A stretch of DNA of 64,000 nucleotides from an uncultured Candidatus Saccharibacteria bacterium. GTDB lineage: Bacteria; Patescibacteriota; Minisyncoccia; SW-4-49-11. Below are positions 28,492 through 38,325 of this stretch, piece after piece. Positions within the stretch are counted from its first letter, which is position 1. Each line of letters begins with the position of its first letter. The notes beneath the pieces are model-generated. The model worked only from the letters and a program-made list of their open reading frames with translations. It was not told where the DNA came from and ran no database searches. The DNA is taken from NCBI GenBank assembly GCA_964633865.1, contig CAZWIJ010000001.1:66352-130351 (forward strand), in the 5' to 3' direction. The translations under genes were made by a program, and so were the position numbers.

Positions 28492-29856
28492 TTATTTTTT
28501 GACTAAGCCTATTGTATATGATTCTATATCAAATAGATTTCTATCTACATTTTCGATATATATATTATAATTTCTTTTATTCTTCAAATTTATCAATTTA
28601 ACATTTAATTTAGCAAAATCTTGATCTAAGGATGTATCTACATAACTATTTTCTAATAAAAAAAATTCATTATCAGTATTTTCAATTAACTTTGCATTAA
28701 CGAATACCTCTATATCAATATATATTTTCTTTTCTTTAGTGTCTAAATTATACCTGTAAATTTCATAATTCTTACCTAAATCTCTATGATCTGGCATATA
28801 ATATGTCACCAATATTTCTTTAGAGTCTAAAGTAAATAATACATTATTTATTAATTTAGCTTCTCCATAATAATCTACAGTGTATGTAGGTAATTCAAAT
28901 TCAGAGAGATATCTAGCTTCTGTTCCATTTGAATTCATTAAAACTATTTTGCTATTTGAATAGTACACATTTTCATTTACCTCATCATCATTGTATATAT
29001 AAATTGTCTTATCACCATCTGGAGAATAAAAAACAGATCTTATCTTAGTAAAATTATTAGTTTCAAATCCTATAGCCACTGGTAAGTCTTTTTTACCTGT
29101 AACTACTTCATCTTGAATTATAGCTTGAGTTAAATTCTTTTGACCTTCTCCCCAATAGGTAAATTCTAATTTGAATGGATGCCAAGCTAATAATAATTCG
29201 TACTTTTCTGAATAAACATCCAAAAATTGATATTCCCCAGTTTTTACATTTACTATACCTATTTTACTATTTGTATTATAATTTTTGTCTATATTTGTAA
29301 GAGTTACACTAATATATTGATTATTATAAGCCCATTGAATATTAGAAACTTTAAAATCTTGTACATTTTGATTCAAAATTTGAATTTCTTTTGTCTCTCT
29401 GTCATAAATTTTTAACTGACCACTCTTATCCGTATATGCTATTTTTTTTCCGTCTGGAGATAATAATTTATCAGAAACATAAGCTTCTTTACTTTCCTCT
29501 GGATCTTTTAGAACAGTAAATAATTCTTTATCTTGATTTGTCTCTAAATCTTTTTCATATACTACATTATTTTTATAATAAATTAAATTATATTCAAAGT
29601 CTTCTATTCCTGTAAATTCAGTTTCTTCTTTTTTGATCACAAGTGGTTCTGAGTATTCTGGTAGTGGTGATATTTCTTTTTCTTTTTTTGTTTCTTCTAC
29701 TTTTTTATCTTCCTCAAGATTATTTTGTACTTGTGTGATTTTATCTTCAATATTAAAATTAGGTTTGATATATTCTGGATAGATTATCCACCCTATCATT
29801 CCTAATAGAATTATAATTAATATTACGATCACAGTATTGTAACTTGTACTTTTCAT
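28492..29856 (-). CDS. Membrane-anchored TolB/WD40-like beta-propeller protein
   Basis: N-terminal TM; LSPDGKKIAY, YSPDGDKTIY, FTLDSKEI repeats. Confidence 0.7.
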   Translation of the reverse strand: MKSTSYNTVIVILIIILLGMIGWIIYPEYIKPNFNIEDKITQVQNNLEEDKKVEETKKEKEISPLPEYSEPLVIKKEETEFTGIEDFEYNLIYYKNNVVYEKDLETNQDKELFTVLKDPEESKEAYVSDKLLSPDGKKIAYTDKSGQLKIYDRETKEIQILNQNVQDFKVSNIQWAYNNQYISVTLTNIDKNYNTNSKIGIVNVKTGEYQFLDVYSEKYELLLAWHPFKLEFTYWGEGQKNLTQAIIQDEVVTGKKDLPVAIGFETNNFTKIRSVFYSPDGDKTIYIYNDDEVNENVYYSNSKIVLMNSNGTEARYLSEFELPTYTVDYYGEAKLINNVLFTLDSKEILVTYYMPDHRDLGKNYEIYRYNLDTKEKKIYIDIEVFVNAKLIENTDNEFFLLENSYVDTSLDQDFAKLNVKLINLKNKRNYNIYIENVDRNLFDIESYTIGLVKK

Positions 29857-29888
29857 AAATTATATAGATTAAATTTAATATTACATTA

Positions 29889-29917
29889 ATACTAAACTAA
29901 AAATATACTATTGTCAA
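29889..29917 (-). promoter_or_regulatory. Promoter of the propeller/HEXXH gene pair
   Basis: TTGACA(29917-29912)-N17-TAGTAT(29894-29889). Confidence 0.55.
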
Positions 29918-29966
29918 TATTTACTAAAAAAGTATTTTTCCTAAAATTATTTATTTATATTTTAAT

Positions 29967-30857
29967 CTAAATTGAATTTATAATCAAAAATACTCCTAAA
30001 ATAAATCTATATATAACAAAAACTAAGAATGATTGTTTTTGAATAAATTTATATAAAATATGAATACTAACTAAAGTACCAATAATAGAAAACATAAAAG
30101 ATAAAATTACTTCCAATGACATCTGATAATCATTTATAAAAGAAGGAATCTCTACTATTGTTGCAATAAGAATAACTGGGGCTCCTAGCAAAAAAGCAAA
30201 TGTAGCTGCATCTTTTCTTTTAAGACCAACAAAGAGACTTGCCATAATGGTTGACCCAGACCTTGAGAATCCAGGAATAAGCGACATAACTTGTCCAAAT
30301 CCTATCAAAATTATTTTTCCAAAACCTATATTCTCTATATTATATTTTTGTTTGGATATAATTTCAGCTATATAAAGTAATCCTCCTCCCAAAATTAATG
30401 AAACACCAATCATAAAATTATTCTCCAGATTTTTGTTCAAAAAATCTTTAATAAAAAATGCTATGACTAAAACAGGAATTGTTGCTAAAATTAAATTAAA
30501 ACCTAAGATAAATTGCTTTTTGGAATTATAATAAAATTCATTTTTTCCATAATCAACTGTCATTCTACTAAATCTAGGTAATTTATTTTTTAATTTAGAT
30601 TTATTGTTTTCTTTTAACCAAGTATAAATTGTAATTTTGACAAAATTAAGAGTTCCAACCACTAAATCAAGCCAAATATCATAAAAATAAATCATGATAG
30701 CTATCCAAGAACCAAAATTCATTATTACATTAAAAGATATATCTGGTTTTTCACCAAATAATTGAGTAAATAAAATTATATGAGCCGTGCTTGATACAGG
30801 TAATATTTCTGTTATACCTTGAATTAACCCTAGTATTATAGCTTCCCAAATACTCAT
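29967..30857 (-). CDS. uppP: Undecaprenyl-diphosphate phosphatase (BacA)
   Basis: GLIQGITEILPVSSTAH, PGFSRSGSTI, FVIYR. Confidence 0.95.
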   Translation of the reverse strand: MSIWEAIILGLIQGITEILPVSSTAHIILFTQLFGEKPDISFNVIMNFGSWIAIMIYFYDIWLDLVVGTLNFVKITIYTWLKENNKSKLKNKLPRFSRMTVDYGKNEFYYNSKKQFILGFNLILATIPVLVIAFFIKDFLNKNLENNFMIGVSLILGGGLLYIAEIISKQKYNIENIGFGKIILIGFGQVMSLIPGFSRSGSTIMASLFVGLKRKDAATFAFLLGAPVILIATIVEIPSFINDYQMSLEVILSFMFSIIGTLVSIHILYKFIQKQSFLVFVIYRFILGVFLIINSI

Positions 30858-31309
30858 AGATCTAAATTATTCTTTATATCTTGCCAACTTTTAAACAAAT
30901 AAGCATTTATATTATTATTTTTAAACAATTCTATAGTTGAATCAGTATCATCTAAAAATAACTCTATATTTATTTCTTTTGCAATATCTAATTTTCTTTG
31001 TTCAAAGTTAGACTTTAAACCTACACAATATAAATTATCATAATCTATCTTTGCTATATCTCTTAACCAAATTTCTGTATACTTGTAAAATTCTTTTGGT
31101 CTAGCTGTAATTATAGAAATTTTATGTTTTTTTGCTATTTCTCTTGCAATCTCAATGTCGATTTGTAATGAACGATTCAAAGTCCAATGTCTAATAACTT
31201 GAGGTAAAAAAAAGTTAAATATTCCCAATAAAAACCTTACCCCTAATCTTGATACATGTGTTGGATCTTTTTTACTAAGTACACCATCAATATCATAACC
31301 TATATGCAT
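30854..31309 (-). CDS. HAD-superfamily (5'-nucleotidase NT5C-like) protein
   Basis: IGYDIDGVL, IITAR, K, FLDD; ATGA overlap with uppP. Confidence 0.75.
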   Translation of the reverse strand: MHIGYDIDGVLSKKDPTHVSRLGVRFLLGIFNFFLPQVIRHWTLNRSLQIDIEIAREIAKKHKISIITARPKEFYKYTEIWLRDIAKIDYDNLYCVGLKSNFEQRKLDIAKEINIELFLDDTDSTIELFKNNNINAYLFKSWQDIKNNLDL

Positions 31310-31321
31310 GTATTATAAAGT

Positions 31322-32017
31322 TTAATTTTTATATTTAAGTTCAAGTAAGATTTTTGCGGCCTGCTGTTCTGCTTTTTGCTTTGAAGATCCAATTCCTCTT
31401 GCTAATTCTATTTCATTCATAAATACAGCAACTTCAAATGTTTTACTATGATCTGGACCCCACTGACTCATAACTTTATATGATGGTGTGATAGAAAATT
31501 TCTCTTGCATTTTTTCTTGTAATAAACTTTTAGAGTCTACAAATAAATTATTCTGTATAATATCTTCTAGATCAACTATTATATATTTATTTAAAAATAC
31601 ATTCACAACTTCAAGCCCACCATCAATATACATAGCAGCTATAATAGATTCAACAGCATTAGATGTAATATAGTCTTTAGATAATAAGTCATTTTTTTCT
31701 CCTCTTGACATTTGAAGATAAGATTCTAAATTTATCTTTTTTGCAACCTTAGCTAAATTTTCACCTTTTACTAACGCTGCTCTATAATTAGTCATTTCTC
31801 CTTCTGTACTATTTATATAATTTTTAAACAAAAATTCAGTTATAAGTAACTCTAATACAGCATCTCCTAAGAATTCTAATCTTTCATTATGATCCAAATT
31901 AAAATCAGGATTTTCATTTAGAAATGATCTATGAGTCAAAGCTTCAATGATTAAATTTTTATTTTTAAATGTATACCCTATTTTCTTTTCTAAGTCTGAT
32001 ATTTTTTTTATATTCAT
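31322..32017 (-). CDS. rnc: Ribonuclease III
   Basis: ALTHRS, NERLEFLGDAVL, C-terminal dsRBD (KSLLQE, GPDH, SKQKAEQ). Confidence 0.97.
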   Translation of the reverse strand: MNIKKISDLEKKIGYTFKNKNLIIEALTHRSFLNENPDFNLDHNERLEFLGDAVLELLITEFLFKNYINSTEGEMTNYRAALVKGENLAKVAKKINLESYLQMSRGEKNDLLSKDYITSNAVESIIAAMYIDGGLEVVNVFLNKYIIVDLEDIIQNNLFVDSKSLLQEKMQEKFSITPSYKVMSQWGPDHSKTFEVAVFMNEIELARGIGSSKQKAEQQAAKILLELKYKN

Positions 32018-32019
32018 AA

Positions 32020-32532
32020 TTAATTAACTATATCTTGTTCATTTTCTTCCACAACAGCTTCATTTATTTTAATTTTTTTATCTTCCGTATCTATAAGATT
32101 ATATCCTTTTGAATCTAAATCATTTACTAAACCACCTAGTACACCATTAATAAACTTACTTGCTGGCTTTCCGCTAAACATTTTACTAAGCTCAATCGCT
32201 TCATTTATAGCCACTTTAAAAGGTATATCTTGATCATTGTAAAATAATATTTCAAATAAAGCAATTCTAAGTATATTTCTTTCAACTAAAGAAATAGTTT
32301 CTATATTCCAACCATTAGAATACTTAGATATCGTCTCATCAATCTCTGATTTATTTTTAATAATACCAGAAATAACTTCTTTTATATAAGAAGTATCTGT
32401 TAAATCAAATGAGAATCTACTGATGCTTTCAGATATAACATCCCATAGATTTTCATGAAACCATCTATCAGTAACATCTATCTGATATAATATCTGCATA
32501 GTTGTAGATCTCAATAAATGTCTATTTGCCAT
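32020..32532 (-). CDS. nusB: Transcription antitermination factor NusB
   Basis: MANRHLLR, ERNILR, VAINEAIELSK, FINGVLG. Confidence 0.95.
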   Translation of the reverse strand: MANRHLLRSTTMQILYQIDVTDRWFHENLWDVISESISRFSFDLTDTSYIKEVISGIIKNKSEIDETISKYSNGWNIETISLVERNILRIALFEILFYNDQDIPFKVAINEAIELSKMFSGKPASKFINGVLGGLVNDLDSKGYNLIDTEDKKIKINEAVVEENEQDIVN

Positions 32533-32577
32533 ATTTTTTGGGTTTTATAATGTACTAAATTATTTATTTAAAATGTA

Positions 32578-32739
32578 TTATTTTTTTACTTCTGGTTTTA
32601 TAAGAGAATCTTGTCTATCATAAAACTTCTTTAATCTATGAGAAACTCCATTCAAACTAGCCTCAATGTTTTTTATTGCATGATGAGATCTTCTTTTAGA
32701 AGTTCTTGTTTGTGACATCCTTTTCTTTGGTACTGGCAT
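32578..32739 (-). CDS. rpmF: 50S ribosomal protein L32 (53 aa, missed by the ORF track)
   Basis: MPVPKKRMSQTRTSKRRSHHAIKNIEASLNGVSHRLKKFYDRQDSLIKPEVKK; directly upstream of nusB-rnc. Confidence 0.9.
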   Translation of the reverse strand: MPVPKKRMSQTRTSKRRSHHAIKNIEASLNGVSHRLKKFYDRQDSLIKPEVKK

Positions 32740-32781
32740 ATTATTATCTTTAAGCTTATAGTTAAGTACTATTTGATATAC

Positions 32782-32810
32782 ATTCTACTAAATTATACAT
32801 TAATTGTCAA
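32782..32810 (-). promoter_or_regulatory. Promoter of the rpmF-nusB-rnc operon
   Basis: TTGACA(32810-32805)-N17-TAGAAT(32787-32782). Confidence 0.7.
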
Positions 32811-32831
32811 TGTATTTATATATATTTATAA

Positions 32832-33131
32832 TTACTCTTGATTTATATCATCATACATACTTTCTGTTGGCAAAATATAACTATCATTATTTCCTTCATC
32901 AATTTCTTCTATGGAGGTTGATGGTTCTGTCTGAGCTTCTGTTATAATTTCTTCACTATACTTTGATGCTAAGTTATTATAAAGAGATCTAGTTTGACTT
33001 AATTCTGCTTTTAAATTATCAATTTCCACTGATTTTTGATTTAGACTTATGTCTTTTGATACATAACCTATTATAAGTGAGACTACAGTTATAGATAAAA
33101 TTAGTTGTATTGCTTGTGTTGAATGTTTCAT
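32832..33131 (-). CDS. Small TM plus coiled-coil hypothetical protein (FtsL-like architecture)
   Basis: N-terminal TM, heptad segment, acidic tail. Confidence 0.55.
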   Translation of the reverse strand: MKHSTQAIQLILSITVVSLIIGYVSKDISLNQKSVEIDNLKAELSQTRSLYNNLASKYSEEIITEAQTEPSTSIEEIDEGNNDSYILPTESMYDDINQE

Positions 33132-33217
33132 ATATTAAAATTTATTACTTAATTATTATAAATAAATTATACCACACTTTTAATGAATAAAATATCTTTT
33201 ATTTATCCACAGGTATT

Positions 33218-35134
33218 TTATTCAGTTATAGAATATTCTGTTTTAATTTCTTCTAACTTAGAATCTAAAACTTTCCCATCTTTTAATGTTTTGGCTGTAT
33301 ATTCTACTTGATTAACTACTGTTGGACCTTTTCCAGCTGAGTTGTTTGTATCAGACTTTTGATTTATTGAAGGAGTAAATTGTATTTGAAAAGCTAATTT
33401 AATATTTTGGTTTTTATTTACACCAGATGGGACATCTCCTAAATTCCAAAAAACTTCTTTAGTCCTATCATTATATGTGAATTTACCATATCCAAAATTA
33501 TTATGAATACCTGTAGCTACAACATTTTCTGGTAAATATGTTCTAAAAGTCATATCACTTATATCTTCATTCGTTTCTTCAATTTCCCAGATAACAGTCA
33601 TTGTAGTAGGTACTGAAACTTTATGAGGAATTGGTCCTGAATTAATTATATTAGGAATAGAATTATCATATAATAATTGGTTTTTTACAATAAGTGGTAT
33701 TTTTTCCTCAACTTTTGGTCTTTCTATAGAAACTATAGAATCACTACCTTGAATCACCTTGTTAACTCCTAAAGCTGTTGGGATTTGATAACTCTCAAAT
33801 AAAGAAAAGGTTGAGACTTTATAATCAATATTTTGTAATTCTTGTTCTGTTAAATCTTTTCTTAAAGATATATTATAACTAACTCTACCTGTTGCATTGG
33901 GAGGAAAAATCTCTAATATTGGTAATGTGTTTGCTCTCCATGTAATTGTTTTTGAGTTGAAATCAAAATCCCCTCCCCCTGTATTTAATGTTGAAAAATC
34001 AAATACATCACTTTTAAACACAGCTTTTATAATTCCTTCTCTAATTGGAACTAAAGTATTATTTTTAATTGTTATTGAATATTTTATATCTTGATCTTTT
34101 TTAATAGTTGAAGGATAAAAATTTTCTATACTAACAAAAGCTTCCGCTATCCTTGTTATTCCTTCATCAATTCCATATACTACAAACTTATCATCTATAA
34201 CTTTACCAATTTGTCCTTTTACTGATTTTCTTTCTGATTGATTACCTATTAATTCACCTCTTATTGTAAAATCGTACCTCCCATTACCTTTTAATATTGG
34301 TATTTTGAAAACATTATTATCTTTTGATGCTTCTTTTGTTATATCTATAATTTTTAAAGTTTCTGGATATTCTAATCTTAATTCAAGATCGCTTAAGTCT
34401 TGACTTTTTTTATTATTAAGAGTTATTTTATATTCAACTACCTCACCACTAGCAACATCAAATGGAGCAGCAATATCTAGTATAATTGGGTTATCTATTA
34501 TATTAATTTTATACTCAGAACTTTGTTTTAATTTTGTAGGAACTCTTTCAGAGTTATATAAAAAATTTGTACTGATAGTATGAATTGTATTTTTCTCTGC
34601 TAATATACTCCCTTTAATTTTGATTAATATTTCTTCTTTTGGATCCATTTTTTGAATCACAAATCTCTGACTTTCTGATATTTTTTCTATATCATTTTCA
34701 TAAATAAATACTTGTTTATTCATAATAGTATCTGGTAGATTTATATCTATCTGAATATCTTTTATAGAAACATCATTATTATTTTTATATTTAACCAAAT
34801 ATTCTGTCTCTTCGGTAGCAACTAGTGAGGAATTTCCTTCAAAAGAAATTATGATATTATTCTCTACAAACCTTGACAAATAAAATTGATAAACTTGATT
34901 AATAACAAAAATGGTTACTATTATTAGAATCCCTCCTCCTAAAAACAATGTGAGTATTTTTTTATATTTAGATAAAAATGGTGTATCAGCTTCTTTAAAT
35001 TTTTGATACTCTAATTTATCATTTGATAAATTCTGATTGTATATAGTGTATTTAGTTAGATTTTTTCTATCAGAGTCAAGTTTTGCTCTAGTTTCTCTTC
35101 TATATATATTTTTTTCTAAATCTTTTAAACTCAT
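33218..35134 (-). CDS. Membrane-anchored protein with tandem Ig-like (DUF11-like) domains
   Basis: Single TM near the N-terminus; repeated Y.I...N beta-sandwich patterns, GPIP.KV..PT..TV.W. Confidence 0.6.
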   Translation of the reverse strand: MSLKDLEKNIYRRETRAKLDSDRKNLTKYTIYNQNLSNDKLEYQKFKEADTPFLSKYKKILTLFLGGGILIIVTIFVINQVYQFYLSRFVENNIIISFEGNSSLVATEETEYLVKYKNNNDVSIKDIQIDINLPDTIMNKQVFIYENDIEKISESQRFVIQKMDPKEEILIKIKGSILAEKNTIHTISTNFLYNSERVPTKLKQSSEYKINIIDNPIILDIAAPFDVASGEVVEYKITLNNKKSQDLSDLELRLEYPETLKIIDITKEASKDNNVFKIPILKGNGRYDFTIRGELIGNQSERKSVKGQIGKVIDDKFVVYGIDEGITRIAEAFVSIENFYPSTIKKDQDIKYSITIKNNTLVPIREGIIKAVFKSDVFDFSTLNTGGGDFDFNSKTITWRANTLPILEIFPPNATGRVSYNISLRKDLTEQELQNIDYKVSTFSLFESYQIPTALGVNKVIQGSDSIVSIERPKVEEKIPLIVKNQLLYDNSIPNIINSGPIPHKVSVPTTMTVIWEIEETNEDISDMTFRTYLPENVVATGIHNNFGYGKFTYNDRTKEVFWNLGDVPSGVNKNQNIKLAFQIQFTPSINQKSDTNNSAGKGPTVVNQVEYTAKTLKDGKVLDSKLEEIKTEYSITE

Positions 35135-35156
35135 TTTATTTAGTAAGATTAGATTA

Positions 35157-36359
35157 TTATTTTAACTCTTCCAATGCTCTCTCTAATTGAGGATCTCTAT
35201 CTTCTTGATAATCTTCCTTTGATATCTCTATTTTAATATCTGGTTCTATTCCTTCTTTATCAATAGTAATCCCATTTGGAGTCAACCATTTTGCAACTGT
35301 ATATTTTAATACAGAATCATCATCAAACTCTTTGATTTGTTGAACAACACCTTTCCCAAATGTTTTTTGGCCTATTAATTTTGTATTATTTAAATCCTTT
35401 AAAGCTCCTGCTGTGATTTCTGAAGCACTTGCCGAACCTTCATTTATTAATAAAACAAGATTCATATCTTCAAATTGATTATCTTTTCTTGTTTTAAAAA
35501 CTTGCATAATTTTTTCATCTCTACCTTGTTCAGTAACAACAACCTTATCTTTACCTACGAATAAATCAACTAAATCTACAGATGAATCTAGATAACCACC
35601 TGTATTATATCTTAAATCTAATACTACTTTGGTTATCTTTGAATTTCTCAACTCAAGTAATTTTTCTTCTACTTGTTTTGCTGTATCTTTTTGGAATGTA
35701 CTTACTTTGATAATACCTACATCATTCTTTATTTCAAACTCTACATTAGGAACAATAATTACATCTCTTTTAATTTTTATTTCTAAATTCTCTAAATCTC
35801 TTCTAATTGTTAATTTAACTTCTGTATCTTTTTCTCCTCTTATTTTTGTGACAGCTTCTTCAACTGTCATACCTTTTGTACTTAAATCATCTATAGCAAG
35901 AATCTTATCTTTTGGTAGAATGCCAGCTTTATCAGCTGGGGTATCTTTGAGAGGACTTACTACAATTAATTGTTCTTCTCTAATACCTATTTCAGCTCCT
36001 ATTCCTTCAAATGTTCCATTCAGACTATCCATAAATTCTTTATATTCATCTTTAGAAAAGTAAACAGTATAAGGGTCTTCTAGGGAAGAAACCATACCCT
36101 TAATAGCACCTTCTCTTAACTTATTTTCATCAAAAGACTTATCTTTATAAAGAGAATTATTTTGTAAAAATTTTGATACCTCTTCTAAGGATGCTGAATA
36201 GCTTATATCAGAAGATTCATTCTCAAAAATATTAGTTAATAAATTAGTACTAATATTACTTTTAAAAGATTGACTTGGGTTATAATTAAATATTAATGCA
36301 CCCAAAAGAAATGATATTGCCATTAATAATAATGTTTGAATAATTGAAAGATATTTCAT
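35157..36359 (-). CDS. ctpA: S41 C-terminal processing protease (PDZ + S41)
   Basis: DPYT, GIGAEI, LDLRYNTGG, SASASEI, TFGKG. Confidence 0.93.
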   Translation of the reverse strand: MKYLSIIQTLLLMAISFLLGALIFNYNPSQSFKSNISTNLLTNIFENESSDISYSASLEEVSKFLQNNSLYKDKSFDENKLREGAIKGMVSSLEDPYTVYFSKDEYKEFMDSLNGTFEGIGAEIGIREEQLIVVSPLKDTPADKAGILPKDKILAIDDLSTKGMTVEEAVTKIRGEKDTEVKLTIRRDLENLEIKIKRDVIIVPNVEFEIKNDVGIIKVSTFQKDTAKQVEEKLLELRNSKITKVVLDLRYNTGGYLDSSVDLVDLFVGKDKVVVTEQGRDEKIMQVFKTRKDNQFEDMNLVLLINEGSASASEITAGALKDLNNTKLIGQKTFGKGVVQQIKEFDDDSVLKYTVAKWLTPNGITIDKEGIEPDIKIEISKEDYQEDRDPQLERALEELK

Positions 36360-36366
36360 AGTATTG

Positions 36367-37197
36367 TTATTTAATTAATCTTGGATTAAATTTTCTAAAA
36401 GTTTTCTTAAAATATGTGAAACCATCTTTTATATGAATTTTATAAGCTCTATTAAAGAAAAGTTTTTTAATAAAATTTTCATCTCTACTTGACTTTCTAT
36501 GATAATGATAAATTTTTACTTCTGGATAATAAATTACTTTATATGAATTTTCCCATAACTTCCAGGCTAAATAAGTATCTGACAAATATAAAAACATATC
36601 TTCATCTAAATGACCTATTTCATCCATAACCTTTTTAGGAAACATAATAGCTGCTCCTAAAACCCAATCTACTTCTCTAGTTGTTGTATGATCCCAATCC
36701 TTCATTGTAAAATAACTCAACTTTTTCTTTGCAAATGGAAGCAATCCTAAAAAGGTTCTTCTATATAAAGCGATATCTGGTGTAATAAATCTATAAGCTG
36801 ATTCTTGAATAGATCCATCAAAGTTTAATAGTTGAGGACCAATTATACCAACATCTTTATTATTTTCTAAATATTTAACCATCTTTTCAACTACACCTTC
36901 CTTTAAAATTACATCTGAATTTATATTAAATATATATTCAGCATTTGTATGTTTTATAACCTGATTGACTCCTTTTGTATACCCTGAATTATATTTCATC
37001 TTAATTATCTTAACATCAGGAAATTTTCTACTAATCTCATATATTGTATCTTCTTGATCTATTGAATGATTATCTAAAAATACTATTTGATAAGGAATAG
37101 TTATATTTGATTCAATTATATTTTTTAAACAATATAAAGATAATTCTTTAGTATTATAATTAACAATTGTAATAGCTAACTTGTACTTTTTATCCAT
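36367..37197 (-). CDS. GT2 glycosyltransferase (WbbL-like)
   Basis: IVNYN, DNHS, INSD, VDWVLGAA, HYHRKS. Confidence 0.88.
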   Translation of the reverse strand: MDKKYKLAITIVNYNTKELSLYCLKNIIESNITIPYQIVFLDNHSIDQEDTIYEISRKFPDVKIIKMKYNSGYTKGVNQVIKHTNAEYIFNINSDVILKEGVVEKMVKYLENNKDVGIIGPQLLNFDGSIQESAYRFITPDIALYRRTFLGLLPFAKKKLSYFTMKDWDHTTTREVDWVLGAAIMFPKKVMDEIGHLDEDMFLYLSDTYLAWKLWENSYKVIYYPEVKIYHYHRKSSRDENFIKKLFFNRAYKIHIKDGFTYFKKTFRKFNPRLIK

Positions 37198-37202
37198 AAT
37201 TT

Positions 37203-38321
37203 TTATAAGGTTTTTTGAGTTTCCTTAGATTCCTCTTCTTTAGAATCAATAGTTTTGTCTTGATTTACTTCTTCATTAGAAATCTCATTTTCACTTTCTG
37301 ATACAGTAGCAAATATATTTTGAATGTCTTCCTGAAAAACTGAAAAATTACCAGCTCTAGGTATTATTATATACCCTAAGCCTTCATCCGTCTTAGAAGT
37401 AAAAGGTCCATCAGCTGAAGTATCATAACCTTTTTCTATAATAGAGTTTAAATCCAATTTTCCAACTAAATCTAATGAACTTTTCATTTCATCAACTGAC
37501 ATATCTGTCTTTACATGATTTCCCAAAGATTCCAATGTTTCCAATAAAAATACTGGATTACTAAAAATGCCTTTAGCTTCAGCTTTGTCTTTTATAGCAT
37601 TAATAACTTCTCTTTGTCTTCTTGATCTATCAAAATCATTGGTACTTAGTCTTGCCCATACATATTTTAAAGCTTTATCACTATCCATTTCATTTAAACC
37701 TTTTTTCACTCTAATTCCACCTTCATAATTTGGATCATAAAAGTCTTCAGCTGCATCCACAGTTATACCATCCAAAGAATCAATAATCCCTTTAAAAGCG
37801 GTAAAGTCTATGGTTGCACCATAATGAATCTGCATTCCTGTAGTCTCTGATAAAGTACTTTTTGCAAACTCTAATCCTTTATCACCATTATCTTGACCAA
37901 GAGCATGAGCTGCATTTAATTTAACAAATCCTTTATATCCAGGGATAGTAACTCTTAAATCTCTTGGGATAGATATCATAGCTGCCTTATTTGTGTTTTG
38001 ATCAATAGATAATATTATAATTGAATCTGTTAATGTTCCTCCGTTAGGATCATTTTCACCTCTCATACCTAAAATTAGTATATTTGTTCTTCCATTTTCA
38101 TTAGCTAATAGATCTTTTTTTCCTGGCAAAAAGGTTTTAGCTGTCTCAAAAATAGAATTAGACTCACCAGTTATATTATTTAAAGTATTATTAGCTCTAT
38201 TTGCAAAAATAAAGAATATAATCCCTCCAGAAAAAATTAAAACCAAAATACTTGTTACTATAAATTTTTTCCAAGTCCACTTAGTTAATAAACTTTTTAA
38301 CTTATTTTCTTTTTTTAACAT
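37203..38321 (-). CDS. LCP family glycopolymer transferase
   Basis: TNILILG, LTDSII, SIPRD, KLNAA, DFDRSRRQ. Confidence 0.93.
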   Translation of the reverse strand: MLKKENKLKSLLTKWTWKKFIVTSILVLIFSGGIIFFIFANRANNTLNNITGESNSIFETAKTFLPGKKDLLANENGRTNILILGMRGENDPNGGTLTDSIIILSIDQNTNKAAMISIPRDLRVTIPGYKGFVKLNAAHALGQDNGDKGLEFAKSTLSETTGMQIHYGATIDFTAFKGIIDSLDGITVDAAEDFYDPNYEGGIRVKKGLNEMDSDKALKYVWARLSTNDFDRSRRQREVINAIKDKAEAKGIFSNPVFLLETLESLGNHVKTDMSVDEMKSSLDLVGKLDLNSIIEKGYDTSADGPFTSKTDEGLGYIIIPRAGNFSVFQEDIQNIFATVSESENEISNEEVNQDKTIDSKEEESKETQKTL

Positions 38322-38325
38322 AAAT

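Noticed and set aside
30520-30640. Basic insertion in UppP as an intein or mobile insert
   Set aside because: Only about 35 aa, no intein terminal motifs, and located in a loop between TM segments
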